From an uncultured Holophaga sp. (GTDB taxonomy: Bacteria; Acidobacteriota; Holophagae; Holophagales; Holophagaceae), in the NCBI GenBank assembly GCA_963664825.1, contig OY761614.1:3232001-3296000 (forward strand): a stretch of 64,000 nt of DNA. The letters run 5' to 3'. Every line of letters begins with the position of its first letter. Within the stretch, counting starts at the first letter, position 1. Both the position numbers and the translations under genes were made by a program. This document shows positions 30,214 to 39,572 of this stretch, piece after piece. The notes beneath the pieces are model-generated. The model made no database searches, was not told the DNA's origin, and saw only the letters and a program-made list of their open reading frames with translations.

Positions 30214-32190
30214 ATGGAATGCAGGCGTAGTGATATCCGTTTCCGCACCTTCCTGGGGATTGGCTTGGTCCTGGGGCTCGCGTCTGCAGCCCGGGCTCAG
30301 GGCTCCTTGGCCACCTGTCCGGTCCTGCCCACGGGCGTCAGCTCGGTGACGGTGCTGGATTGCCGGGGCCGGTACGTGGGGCGGCTCCTGCCCCAGAAAC
30401 GCTACTGGGTCACCCTGGACCGGATCCCGGCCTTCCTCCAGCAGGCCTTGCTGGCGGTGGAGGACGCCCGCTTTTACGAGCACGGCGGCATCGATTTGCG
30501 CGGCATCGCCAGGGCCGCCGTGAAGGACCTGGTGAAGGGGAGGCTGGCCGAGGGGGGCTCCACCATCACCCAGCAGCTGATCAAGAACAAATTCCTCGAT
30601 GCCTCCCGCACCCTGGACCGCAAGCTCCGGGAAGCGGACATGGCCATGGATTTCGAGAAACGCTATTCCAAGCGGCAGATCCTGGAGATGTACTTCAACG
30701 AGATCGGCTTCGGCAACGGCGCCCAAGGCATTGCCCAGGCCACCCGGCTCTACTTCGACAAGAGTCCGGAGGAGCTCAATGAGGGCGAATGCCTTCTCCT
30801 GGCAGGCGTTCCCAAGAACCCGAGCCGCTACAACCCCTTCGGCAAGCCATCGGACGTGGTGCAGCGGCGTGAAATCGTCCTCAAACGCATGGAGGAGCTC
30901 CACATCCTCACGGCTCAGAAACGCCTGGAACTCCAGAGGCACGGCGCGGCGGCCCGAACTCTGGGGCAGGCGCCCCAGTACCTGGCCCAGCTCCGCACGG
31001 ACCTGACCGGGCGCCTGGGAGCCGAGGCCATCGAACGGGGCGGGTTCGAAGTGGTGGCCGCTCTGGATCTGGACTTGCAGAGGGCGGCCGAACAGGCCCT
31101 GCATGAAGGGGCTCGGCGCCTTGCGCCCGATATGCAGGGTGCGTTGCTGTGCATGGATCCGGCCTCCGGCGATGTGCTCGCGGCCGTGGGGGATGCCGAC
31201 GGGCTCCGAAACGCTCTCAACCGCGCCTTCGTCTCCAGGCGCCAGCCAGGCTCGGCCATCAAGCCCTTCATCTACGCCGCGGCCCTGGAACAGGGCATCA
31301 CCGAGACCAGCACCTGGAGCGATGTCCCCGTGGCCTACGACCGGGGAAACGGCCGCTCCTGGACGCCCAAGAATTACGGCGGCGAGCGCTTCGGGGAACT
31401 CTCCCTGCGCCAGGCCCTGGCCCACTCGGGCAATGTCATCACCGTGAAGGTGCTGGAGACCGTCGGCGTGCCAGCCTTCGTGGGGTTTGCCGAAAAGGCG
31501 GGCCTTGCGCTGCACGCCCGGAATGGCCTTTCCCTGGCCCTGGGCACCGATGAGGTCGCCCTGAAGGATCTGGTCCAGGCCTACACGCCCCTGGCCGCGG
31601 GAGGCGCGAGGGCTCAGGCCCGGACGATCCTGCGGATCTACGACCGCAGGCGCCAGGCCTGGATCGAAAATCCGCCGGTCGGGGTCGGCGTCATGTCTCC
31701 GGCCGCCGCCTTCATCACCACGCAGATGCTGAGGGATGTCCTGGCCTACGGAACCGCCAAATCGCTGCGCGCCTTCGGGGAGGCCCATGCCGCCGCCGGG
31801 AAGACGGGCACCACCGACGAGTGCCGGGACGCCTGGTTCGTGGGCTATACGCCGAACCTGGTGACGGGGGTCTGGGTGGGACACGACCGGCCGAGGCCCG
31901 AGGGACGGGGCTTCACCGGAGGCGCCATCGCCGCCCCCATCTGGGAACACTTCATGAAACGGGCCGTGGCCGCGAGACCCGCCGGGGATTTCCCCCGACC
32001 CGATACCGTGCGGGCCCTCATGGTGGACGCTTCCACCGGCCTCCCGGCCCGGGAGGGCTGTCCTTTGAAGCGGGAGGCCTTTTTCGCCTCCGGCACCGAG
32101 CCGACGGAGCCCTGTCCCCGGCATGAGGGGGAACCCGTCCTGAGACCCGATGAGCCGTCGGAACAGCAGGGAAGGGAGTCCGTTCCCTGA
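30214..32190 (+). CDS. Class A penicillin-binding protein (PBP1A family)
   Basis: EDARFYEHGG, GGSTITQQL, RKLRE transglycosylase motifs; SAIK, SGN, KTG transpeptidase motifs. Confidence 0.93.
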   Translation: MECRRSDIRFRTFLGIGLVLGLASAARAQGSLATCPVLPTGVSSVTVLDCRGRYVGRLLPQKRYWVTLDRIPAFLQQALLAVEDARFYEHGGIDLRGIARAAVKDLVKGRLAEGGSTITQQLIKNKFLDASRTLDRKLREADMAMDFEKRYSKRQILEMYFNEIGFGNGAQGIAQATRLYFDKSPEELNEGECLLLAGVPKNPSRYNPFGKPSDVVQRREIVLKRMEELHILTAQKRLELQRHGAAARTLGQAPQYLAQLRTDLTGRLGAEAIERGGFEVVAALDLDLQRAAEQALHEGARRLAPDMQGALLCMDPASGDVLAAVGDADGLRNALNRAFVSRRQPGSAIKPFIYAAALEQGITETSTWSDVPVAYDRGNGRSWTPKNYGGERFGELSLRQALAHSGNVITVKVLETVGVPAFVGFAEKAGLALHARNGLSLALGTDEVALKDLVQAYTPLAAGGARAQARTILRIYDRRRQAWIENPPVGVGVMSPAAAFITTQMLRDVLAYGTAKSLRAFGEAHAAAGKTGTTDECRDAWFVGYTPNLVTGVWVGHDRPRPEGRGFTGGAIAAPIWEHFMKRAVAARPAGDFPRPDTVRALMVDASTGLPAREGCPLKREAFFASGTEPTEPCPRHEGEPVLRPDEPSEQQGRESVP

Positions 32191-32212
32191 GGGCCGGGCG
32201 ATCCAGGGGAGG

Positions 32213-32262
32213 CGGATTCCCCTCGCCCTTGGGGGCTCGGGCCGCGGCATTCGTTCCGGCCG
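32213..32262. repeat. 50-bp direct repeat, copy 1
   Basis: Identical to 34154-34203. Confidence 0.95.
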
Positions 32263-32394
32263 TGTCTCGACGCTCTCGCGTTGCTCCGCGGTGTGCTGCA
32301 CCAAGAAAAGGCCAACTCCTAATCTCGCGTTGGAATCCTGATCTTGTCTCGCTCGAAGCTGGTTCCGGACGACGATCCGGTCCTCTTTTTTGTT

Positions 32395-33846
32395 TCAGCG
32401 TGTCGTGAAAGTCACCTGGGTGGGCCTCAGAGGGCGATCCTGGGTGTCCATGAATCCGATGCACTGGGGATGGTTCACCCAGAAGGAGTAGGTGGTGGCC
32501 GGTTTTAGGCGGATCGCGAAGGTAAGTGTGCGCTTTCCCGAATCCCAGGTACCCTTATCCACAATGTCGAGTTCCCCCGTGTTCACCATGGCCATGCCCT
32601 TGCCCATGGGGCGATCAGAGCGGATGCGCAGTGCAGTGGTTGTCGGATCCACGTCCTTGGCGCTGTTAGCAGGCTCGATGCTCAGCAATTGTGGACCCTC
32701 GGCATAGGCCTTCTCCTGGCGGGCCTGTTCTGCGGAGTCGCTGGCCTCACGGAGTTCCTTGGCCCTGGTAGCCCAGCCCTTGAATGCAGCGACAAGACGA
32801 GGCGTGAAAGCTTCTAACGTTGGAAAGCGGTCCCGACTGGAGGTGTATTCACCAAGTAGCTCAGCCAGGGGACTGACCCAGTAGAAGCCGCGCTGGGCGT
32901 GCATCTGTTGTTCGCTTTCGGCGATCTTTGTGTCGCTGTGTTCCTGGAAGTAGCGGATGGTAAAGGCACGGACCATGGACTCCTTGAGGGCGATTGGGCC
33001 ATCCCCATAGGCCTGTTGGCGCATGCGCTCGATGACCGGAGCATTCAAACTCTCGCCAGCATCCCGGAGTTCGGTGATGTGTCGCTCCACCCAGGGATTA
33101 GCGAAGCTGTGTAGGAACTCGTGGACCAAGATGGGCAGGCCGCGAGCGTCGAAGCTAGGCATTCGCCCATTTTCCGCTTGATTCGTGCCCATGAAGGCAT
33201 ACAGATCCCGACCGCCACCAGCATTCGGGGCGGCGGGCCCATAGTTGCCACCACCGTTCAGGGGTGCCACACAGAGAATGAAAGTATCCCGGTCCCGGGG
33301 ACCAAAGGTGCGAGTAAACCAGTTTCGATCCAGGGGCTTGAGTAGAGCCTCCCGGCAATCTCGAGTCAGCCGATCGTAGAAGGGCGCCTGGGCTGCGAAG
33401 AAGGCCTCAGCCTTGGCGTCCTTGGCGAAGGCGGTCATCAAGACTAGGAAGCGGCGGGCCGTCTCCGGCTTCCAGCGAGTGTCCAAAGCGCTCTCCATGG
33501 TCTTGGCATCGCAGATGGGCTCGAAATTTACGGCATCTTTCGTCAGTATGGCTAGGTGTGGAATGGCATCGTAGCCGACCTCGGGGCGAAGTTCTCGGGC
33601 CATGGCCACAGCTGGATGATCCTTGAATGGACCGAAATGAGCGTCCACAGCGCAGTTGTAATCCGCAATAGCCCCATGAGTGTATTCCTGGAAATTCGCC
33701 AGTCTAAATACAATGGACATCAACTCGAAGCGGCGGTCCACTCGCACCTCAAGGAAGTCAGGCGCGGCTTGGGGAATGGCCACTAGACCTGGGAGGAAAA
33801 GCATGGGAATGAATGGCATGTGAGCTCTCCGGGGAGCGGTGGACAT
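32395..33846 (-). CDS. DUF4932-like protein with HEXXH motif and C-terminal Ig-like domain
   Basis: VDRRFELMSIVFRLA, HEFLH, ESMVRA; C-terminal IEPANSAKDVDP; more A/T-ending codons than its neighbours; start uncertain. Confidence 0.75.
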   Translation of the reverse strand: MSTAPRRAHMPFIPMLFLPGLVAIPQAAPDFLEVRVDRRFELMSIVFRLANFQEYTHGAIADYNCAVDAHFGPFKDHPAVAMARELRPEVGYDAIPHLAILTKDAVNFEPICDAKTMESALDTRWKPETARRFLVLMTAFAKDAKAEAFFAAQAPFYDRLTRDCREALLKPLDRNWFTRTFGPRDRDTFILCVAPLNGGGNYGPAAPNAGGGRDLYAFMGTNQAENGRMPSFDARGLPILVHEFLHSFANPWVERHITELRDAGESLNAPVIERMRQQAYGDGPIALKESMVRAFTIRYFQEHSDTKIAESEQQMHAQRGFYWVSPLAELLGEYTSSRDRFPTLEAFTPRLVAAFKGWATRAKELREASDSAEQARQEKAYAEGPQLLSIEPANSAKDVDPTTTALRIRSDRPMGKGMAMVNTGELDIVDKGTWDSGKRTLTFAIRLKPATTYSFWVNHPQCIGFMDTQDRPLRPTQVTFTTR

Positions 33847-34113
33847 CAGGGTCTCTTGGATCGAATTATGGTTGGTGCCAGACTCGCGTGGCTTCATTTC
33901 AATTGGCTGCGTCGACGCTAAGCAAAGCTGGAGATTCCCCGGCTCTGCCGGGGGGGGCAGTAGCTTTGGCGATTAAGACGGGGTGCTCGGCACCTGTTCG
34001 GGAATTCGTTTCCAGCCTGTCACTGTTTTTTACGATCCATTTTTCTAAAGGTTAGAGGCCCCGGATTCCCAGTCAATTCTCGATGCAGGGAGGTCGGGCC
34101 CTCACAAACCCCA

Positions 34114-34140
34114 GGCTGCGGCCCCCACGGGGCCGCAGCC
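34114..34140 (-). terminator. GC-rich hairpin, a duplicate of the tRNA-Gln terminator
   Basis: GGCTGCGGCCCC-CAC-GGGGCCGCAGCC. Confidence 0.6.
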
Positions 34141-34153
34141 TCTGTTGGGAAGA

Positions 34154-34203
34154 CGGATTCCCCTCGCCCTTGGGGGCTCGGGCCGCGGCATTCGTTCCGG
34201 CCG
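34154..34203. repeat. 50-bp direct repeat, copy 2 (inside the tRNA-linked repeat unit)
   Basis: Identical to 32213-32262. Confidence 0.95.
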
Positions 34204-34284
34204 GCGCTGATCCGTCTCAACGCTCTCGCGTCTCGACGGGCGCCTACCGCCGGGCGAATGCCGATTCGAATCCTTCCTCCCGAT

Positions 34285-34311
34285 AAAACTGCGGCCCCCT
34301 CGGGGCCGCAG
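34285..34311 (-). terminator. Intrinsic terminator of tRNA-Gln
   Basis: Minus strand CTGCGGCCCC-GAG-GGGGCCGCAG-TTTT, starting 5 nt after CCA. Confidence 0.75.
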
Positions 34312-34315
34312 AATC

Positions 34316-34390
34316 TGGTTGGGGAGGAAGGATTCGAACCCTCGATACGCAGGATCAAAACCTGCTGCCTTACCACTTGGCTACTCCCCA
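34316..34390 (-). tRNA. tRNA-Gln(TTG)
   Basis: TGGGGAGTAGCCAAGTGGTAAGGCAGCAGGTTTTGATCCTGCGTATCGAGGGTTCGAATCCTTCCTCCCCAACCA; cloverleaf fold, TTG anticodon, encoded CCA. Confidence 0.96.
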
Positions 34391-34431
34391 GGGGTTGAAA
34401 AAGTCTAGCGTGGGGGGGGATTCGGGTCCAG

Positions 34432-34791
34432 TCAGGGATTGGCCTTGGGGGCAAATCCGAATTCCTCCACGCCGAGGAGATCCGGGCGCACCGTCGGTAG
34501 TTCGCCGGTCTCGAGGCGCGAAATGGCGCGGATTCCCGTGGCGGTTTCGAAGGCCAGTAGCACTTTTTGTTCGATATATTCCCGGGCCTCGTTGACCAGG
34601 GGGAAGGCGATGTCCTTGAAGGAACCGTCCCGCTTGCGCTTGCTGGGCATGGCGACGAAGTAGCCGTCTTCGCCTTCGACCACCCGCAGATCCCCCACCA
34701 GGAAGCATTCGTCCAGCACGATGGCCGCGAAGGCTCGGAGTTTGTCGTCTCCCTCGATCTTGGTGATGCGGACATCGGTGATGTTCAACAT
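34432..34791 (-). CDS. spoVG: SpoVG family nucleic-acid-binding protein
   Basis: ITDVRI...LRAFA...LD...LRVVEG..G.FVAMPS...FKDIAFP. Confidence 0.92.
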   Translation of the reverse strand: MLNITDVRITKIEGDDKLRAFAAIVLDECFLVGDLRVVEGEDGYFVAMPSKRKRDGSFKDIAFPLVNEAREYIEQKVLLAFETATGIRAISRLETGELPTVRPDLLGVEEFGFAPKANP

Positions 34792-34893
34792 GGGGCTCCC
34801 GGGGCTCGCGAATCGGCGAGTTTCGGCCTTCAGTCTACCGCTCCAAGCCAAGGCCCGATGCTAGCATGGAGGGAAATCCTTTGTGGAGCCGCC

Positions 34894-35892
34894 GTGCCGC
34901 AGGAAAACCTTCCATCGAGTGCGCCAGATCCTCGTCCTGAGGCCGCTGCGACCGTTCTTCGAGCGGCTCGAGCGGCTCTCGGCGCCCTGGAAGCCAGCTG
35001 GGACCCGGCCGTGGTCGAGGCTTGGACCACCCATGTGGCCCGCAGCCAGGGCAGGGTCATCGTCTGCGGGATGGGAAAATCGGGGCTCATCGGGCAGAAG
35101 ATTGCCGCCACCCTGGCTTCCACGGGATGCCCCAGCTTCTTCATGCATCCGGCCGAAGCGCTCCACGGGGATCTCGGCATGGTCACGCCCCAGGACACGG
35201 TGCTCCTCCTCAGCAATAGCGGAGAGAGTGAGGAGGTCCTGCGCCTGGTCCCGAGTCTGGTGCGCATTGGCGTATCCATCGGCGCCATCACCGGCCAGAA
35301 GGAGAGCCGCCTCGCTCAGGCCGCCAGGTGGTGCTTCACCTACGCGCTGCCCGAAGGCGAGGGCTGTCCTCTCCATTTCGCGCCCATGGCCAGCACCACC
35401 CTCCAACTCGTCTGGGGGGATCTCCTGGCGGCCTACCACATGGTGCATACGGGATTCACGCTCGAGTCCTTTGCTCAATTTCATCCCGCTGGAAATATTG
35501 GATCCAGACTCCTGAAAACAAAAGAGTTGATGCATGCGGACTTCCCGCGGGTCCTGGGCTCCATGGATTTGGTGGGCGTTCTGGGAGCCATGACCCGAGG
35601 GCGGCTCGGCATGACCACCGTGATCGAAGATCGGGAACTGGTGGGCGTTGTCAGTGACGGGGATATCCGTCGGGCCCTGGAAAGAGCCCAGGCTTCCGGG
35701 ATCAATCCCTTGATGCTCACGGCTCAGGACATCATGACGCCTCAACCCGTGGGCGTATCGCCCGACACCCTGGCCGTGGAGGCTGCCCAGATCCTCGAGA
35801 CCCGGAAAATCACCTTCCTGGTCGTGCGCGAGAGCGCCCAAGTCGTCGGTGTGCTGCACATCCATGATCTCTTGGCCGCCAAGGTGATCTGA
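34894..35892 (+). CDS. kdsD: Arabinose-5-phosphate isomerase (KpsF/GutQ; SIS + 2 CBS)
   Basis: GMGKSG, KIAATLASTG, HPAEALHGDLG, FHPAG, SDGDIRR; GTG start after GGAG. Confidence 0.9.
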   Translation: MPQENLPSSAPDPRPEAAATVLRAARAALGALEASWDPAVVEAWTTHVARSQGRVIVCGMGKSGLIGQKIAATLASTGCPSFFMHPAEALHGDLGMVTPQDTVLLLSNSGESEEVLRLVPSLVRIGVSIGAITGQKESRLAQAARWCFTYALPEGEGCPLHFAPMASTTLQLVWGDLLAAYHMVHTGFTLESFAQFHPAGNIGSRLLKTKELMHADFPRVLGSMDLVGVLGAMTRGRLGMTTVIEDRELVGVVSDGDIRRALERAQASGINPLMLTAQDIMTPQPVGVSPDTLAVEAAQILETRKITFLVVRESAQVVGVLHIHDLLAAKVI

Positions 35893-35943
35893 GGTGGTCT
35901 ACGCTCAAGGTTACATAATATACATTATCGAAAGCTGACCCAG

Positions 35944-38166
35944 GTGCTTCCAACCCTTCCGCGCTACTTCCTCAAACGCTGGTCCTACCCCTTCCTGGGC
36001 GCCCTCTTCTTCTATGGGGGGCTGCTGTTGGCCTGGGAGATGGTGGTCCAGTCCAAGCAGATCTTCTCCATCGGCGCTCCCTTCCATTGGCTGATCCCAG
36101 CCTTGCTCCTCCAGGTGCCCGAGACCCTTGGGATCGTCTTCCCGATGGCAGCGGTCCTGGGGGGGCTCATGGGGAGTCAGCACCTCTCCGAGGGTTCGGA
36201 AATGGTGGCCTCCCAGGGGCTCGGGGTCGGAATGCGAACCATCCTCCGGCCCTGGTTGCTCATGTCGGTGATCCTGCTGGTACTGACGACCCTGAACGCC
36301 CACTTCCTGGTGCCCAAGGTCAATTCCTTCCAGCAAGCCATCCAGGCCCGCATGGTCGACGCCGCCCAAAACCAGTTCCTGAAAGTCGGGAGTGCTCCCT
36401 ATTTCCCGCCTCAGAACCCCAATACGGCCATCTGGATCGACGCCTCAGGCGAAATCCACCTCATGGAATCCAGTGCCCAGGGAGTCCAGCACTTGGTTGC
36501 CCATTCCATGGAATGGACTCGCACCGAAAAGGATGGGCAACTCTCTTCCATCAATATGGAACTCAAGGAATTAAGCGGCTCCCTGGTCCAGAGATCCAAT
36601 GGAAGTATTGCTCATATCCACCAGAAAACGCTCACGTTCCCCATCTCGGTGGCCGCGCCGGCGCGCCCCATCCTGGCCTCCACCCCCGTGCGCTACCATT
36701 CCACCTCGGAGCTCCTGAGCCATCGCACCCCCCAGGGCCTCAATGAATTGGGGCTGCGTTTCTCCCTGCCCTTCGCCACTTGCGCCCTTCTCCTCCTGGG
36801 CATTGCCCTGGGATTGGGCCATCCCAGGTTCCAGCACGGGGGGGCCATTCTCAAGAGCCTGAGCGTCATCCTGGTCTACTACTTGATCCTCGAACTCTCC
36901 AAGAATCAGATTAAAGCTGGGAAAGCTGGAATGCTTGCCGTGGTCCTGCTCTTGCCCTGGGTCTTCCTGGTCCTGGGGTTCTGGCTGCTCCGGCGGCGTC
37001 TCCACCCCCATCGTGCGGCTCCGGCTCTTTTCCGCCGCAGCCTGGATTGGCTGAAGGGGGAGGCGATCCTGAGAACAGGTCCCTCGGTCCAGCGGGCCCT
37101 CGAGGCCCTGAAACAGGCCCTGCCCCATCCGATGCGTTTCCTGAGATGGTTGCAGGGAAGGCACAGGGATCAGGGAACCTTGGGCCGCTGGACCCGGAGC
37201 CTCTGGTGGAAGAGCTGGGGGGCCACCCTGGGCACCTTCCTCACCCTGGATCTGCTCCTGGAATTCGCCAAACTGGCCGGTGATCTCTCCAAGAACAAGG
37301 TCTCCATATGGGTCTTCATCCATTACTGGCTCTGGAATCTCCCTCCCTTCCTCGTGGTCGTGCTTCCCCTGGCCTTTCTCTTCGGGGGAGTCCTGGTCCT
37401 TTCCGAGGCCACGGTCTCCCGGGAATGGGTCGCCCTGAGGGCGGGCGGCACGAGCCTCCTCCAGTGGACGAAGTCCGGTGTGAGAGCCTGGGGGGGGATT
37501 CTTGCCCTAAGTTTGATCCTACAGACCTTAGTAGCGCCCACTGTGATCGGGAAAGCGGAATCGCTCTATGCCCAGATCTGTGGCAAGTCAATCAAACCTG
37601 TGAGCGCAAAGCCATGGCTTTACTTGAGTTCTACTGGCGTTCTCTGGCATCTGGACGGGGCCACCCGCTGGGGCTTCCCCCTGCAACCCCAACGCCATGG
37701 ATGGCCGATCCTCTTGAAATGGAGGATGCCGGATCTCCGTTCGGAGGCCTTGGCCTGGAATGCGCTGGGATGGGCCCCCAGCCTGGAGGCCAGTCGCCTA
37801 TTTCCAGACCAAGCGCTCCGGGAGGTCGCCGAGCCCGATGAGGCCAGTACCCTGGAATTGATTCACTGGCAGCGCTGGGCTCCGGACCCCGAGAGGGCCG
37901 CCATGCTCTGGGGGCGATTGTTGGATTGGCTGGCGGGCCCCTGCCTGATCTTTGCCATGCTGCCCTATGCCTTTCCGACCCCCCGGGGGGGCCGCGGCCA
38001 AGCCCTGGGCCTCAGCCTGGTCGCCGGGTTGCTATTCATGGGCGCCCAGGCCTTGTTCGGCGGGGCGGCCAAGGCCGGGGGCATCCCCGGCTTCTGGGGC
38101 GTGGTAGCCCCTCTCGCTGCCCTCCTGGGGATGGGATTCCTGGGCCTTCGACGGTTGAGGACCTAG
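35944..38166 (+). CDS. Fused LptF-LptG LPS export permease
   Basis: Two tandem YjgP/YjgQ-type halves (SEMVASQGLG and REWVALRAGG coupling helices) in one 740-aa ORF; follows kdsD. Confidence 0.8.
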   Translation: MLPTLPRYFLKRWSYPFLGALFFYGGLLLAWEMVVQSKQIFSIGAPFHWLIPALLLQVPETLGIVFPMAAVLGGLMGSQHLSEGSEMVASQGLGVGMRTILRPWLLMSVILLVLTTLNAHFLVPKVNSFQQAIQARMVDAAQNQFLKVGSAPYFPPQNPNTAIWIDASGEIHLMESSAQGVQHLVAHSMEWTRTEKDGQLSSINMELKELSGSLVQRSNGSIAHIHQKTLTFPISVAAPARPILASTPVRYHSTSELLSHRTPQGLNELGLRFSLPFATCALLLLGIALGLGHPRFQHGGAILKSLSVILVYYLILELSKNQIKAGKAGMLAVVLLLPWVFLVLGFWLLRRRLHPHRAAPALFRRSLDWLKGEAILRTGPSVQRALEALKQALPHPMRFLRWLQGRHRDQGTLGRWTRSLWWKSWGATLGTFLTLDLLLEFAKLAGDLSKNKVSIWVFIHYWLWNLPPFLVVVLPLAFLFGGVLVLSEATVSREWVALRAGGTSLLQWTKSGVRAWGGILALSLILQTLVAPTVIGKAESLYAQICGKSIKPVSAKPWLYLSSTGVLWHLDGATRWGFPLQPQRHGWPILLKWRMPDLRSEALAWNALGWAPSLEASRLFPDQALREVAEPDEASTLELIHWQRWAPDPERAAMLWGRLLDWLAGPCLIFAMLPYAFPTPRGGRGQALGLSLVAGLLFMGAQALFGGAAKAGGIPGFWGVVAPLAALLGMGFLGLRRLRT

Positions 38167-38193
38167 ACTGCACTCAGGTCCCCGGAGAACCCC

Positions 38194-38394
38194 ATGCCTG
38201 ATCCTGTTCAGCCCCCCCTGCCGGAGTTCCATCGCCTGCGGAGGGTGGAACACTACACACTGTTCCTGCTCAATTCCATGGCCGCCGCCGGAAGCGGGGC
38301 CCTCAGTGATGGCGATATCGACTACGCCATCGATATCGCGGAGCGGGTGGTGGAAAAGCTGGTGGAGCGAGGCCATCTCCAGCCCCACGAGTAG
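38194..38394 (+). CDS. Small hypothetical protein (66 aa)
   Basis: GGAG RBS, GC3-biased codons, fills an intergenic gap. Confidence 0.55.
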   Translation: MPDPVQPPLPEFHRLRRVEHYTLFLLNSMAAAGSGALSDGDIDYAIDIAERVVEKLVERGHLQPHE

Positions 38395-38474
38395 ATATCA
38401 CGATGGCCCTGAGGCGCCGATGGGATCAACTCCATCGGTGTGAATCAGTGCCGTCCTTTATTCCAAGACCCTCC

Positions 38475-39572
38475 TCACTGGCCGTCATCGCCTCCCAGGA
38501 TCCGCTGGATCCGTTCCCGACGCCTGCCCAACAGACCTCCATCCGCCGGGGCCCTGACTACGCGGATCTCCCGTTGGGGCACCTTCCCGGAGGCGAAGGC
38601 TGTCCAGTTGTTCTCCGTCCAGAGGGGTTCGGCGCGGACGGATTCCAGTTTGGCTGAGCCTCCCGGATCCTTCCGGAAGACTGCCACCAGGGCGGCGCCA
38701 TCGCGATTGTCCCCCTCGGCCTCGTTCATGACGCCCTCGTATTTTCGGTCCTGGTTGCTGATGAAGTTGCCGAGGGAGAAGGCGACGGCTCCCTTGCGCC
38801 CATTGGCTTCCAGCCATACCAGGGGCTGGAGCACGTGAGGGTGGTGCCCGATGATGAGATCGGCCCCGGCTCCGATCATTCCCAGGGCCAAGGCGCGTTG
38901 GCGGGGGCTGGGTCGATGTTCGTATTCGTTGCCCCAGTGAGCGCTCACGACCACGAGATCGGCCTGGGGCCGGGCCGATCTCAGGGCTCCCAGCGCAGCC
39001 TCCTCAGTCAGGCGCCGGACCCAGGGCCCCTTCCCTGGCTGATTCAAATTGGCGTTGAAGAGGTCCGTGAAGGCCAGAAAGGCGATCCGGATGCCCTTGC
39101 GTTCCAGGACCCGCACCGTTTCAGCCTGGGCGCGATCCCGTCCGCTTCCCACGCTGGAGAGTCCCGCGGCCTCCAAGCGCTCTAGCGTCTCCAGCACGCC
39201 CTGGGTCCCCTGATCGTAGGCGTGGTTATTGGCCGTCGATAGAATCGTGAATCCACTCTTCTTGAGGGCTTCCGGCAACTCGGCCGGAGCGTTGAACACG
39301 AAGGGGCGACCGGGGGACCCGGAGCTTGGAGCGATGGGCGTCTCCAGATTCCCGAACACCACATCGGCCTCGGCGAAGACCGGTTTGAGATCCCCCCAGA
39401 GGCCTTGAAAACCGCCTGAGTGCTCCCGGGCAGCCTGTTTGACATCCTGGTGCATGAGCAGATCCCCCACGGCCACCAGGGTCAGGCGCGTGGGCCGAGG
39501 GGGGGCTTCCGGCCTCTTCCCCCGGCAGGCGATGAGGGCCAGGAGGAGGCATGGCAGGAGCCATCTACGCAT
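38475..39572 (-). CDS. CapA/PgsA family metallophosphatase lipoprotein
   Basis: Lipobox LIAC; VGD, GNLETP, TANNHAYD, HWG.EY, GHHPHVLQ, SLGNF. Confidence 0.88.
   Translation of the reverse strand: MRRWLLPCLLLALIACRGKRPEAPPRPTRLTLVAVGDLLMHQDVKQAAREHSGGFQGLWGDLKPVFAEADVVFGNLETPIAPSSGSPGRPFVFNAPAELPEALKKSGFTILSTANNHAYDQGTQGVLETLERLEAAGLSSVGSGRDRAQAETVRVLERKGIRIAFLAFTDLFNANLNQPGKGPWVRRLTEEAALGALRSARPQADLVVVSAHWGNEYEHRPSPRQRALALGMIGAGADLIIGHHPHVLQPLVWLEANGRKGAVAFSLGNFISNQDRKYEGVMNEAEGDNRDGAALVAVFRKDPGGSAKLESVRAEPLWTENNWTAFASGKVPQREIRVVRAPADGGLLGRRRERIQRILGGDDGQ

Noticed and set aside
32310..32335. CCAAC...GTTGG as an integron attC site (similar motif near 52480)
   Set aside because: Too short for attC, no L boxes, and no integron integrase in the window
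32213..34311. Repeats as a possible CRISPR array
   Set aside because: Only two copies, no regular repeat-spacer period, and no cas genes
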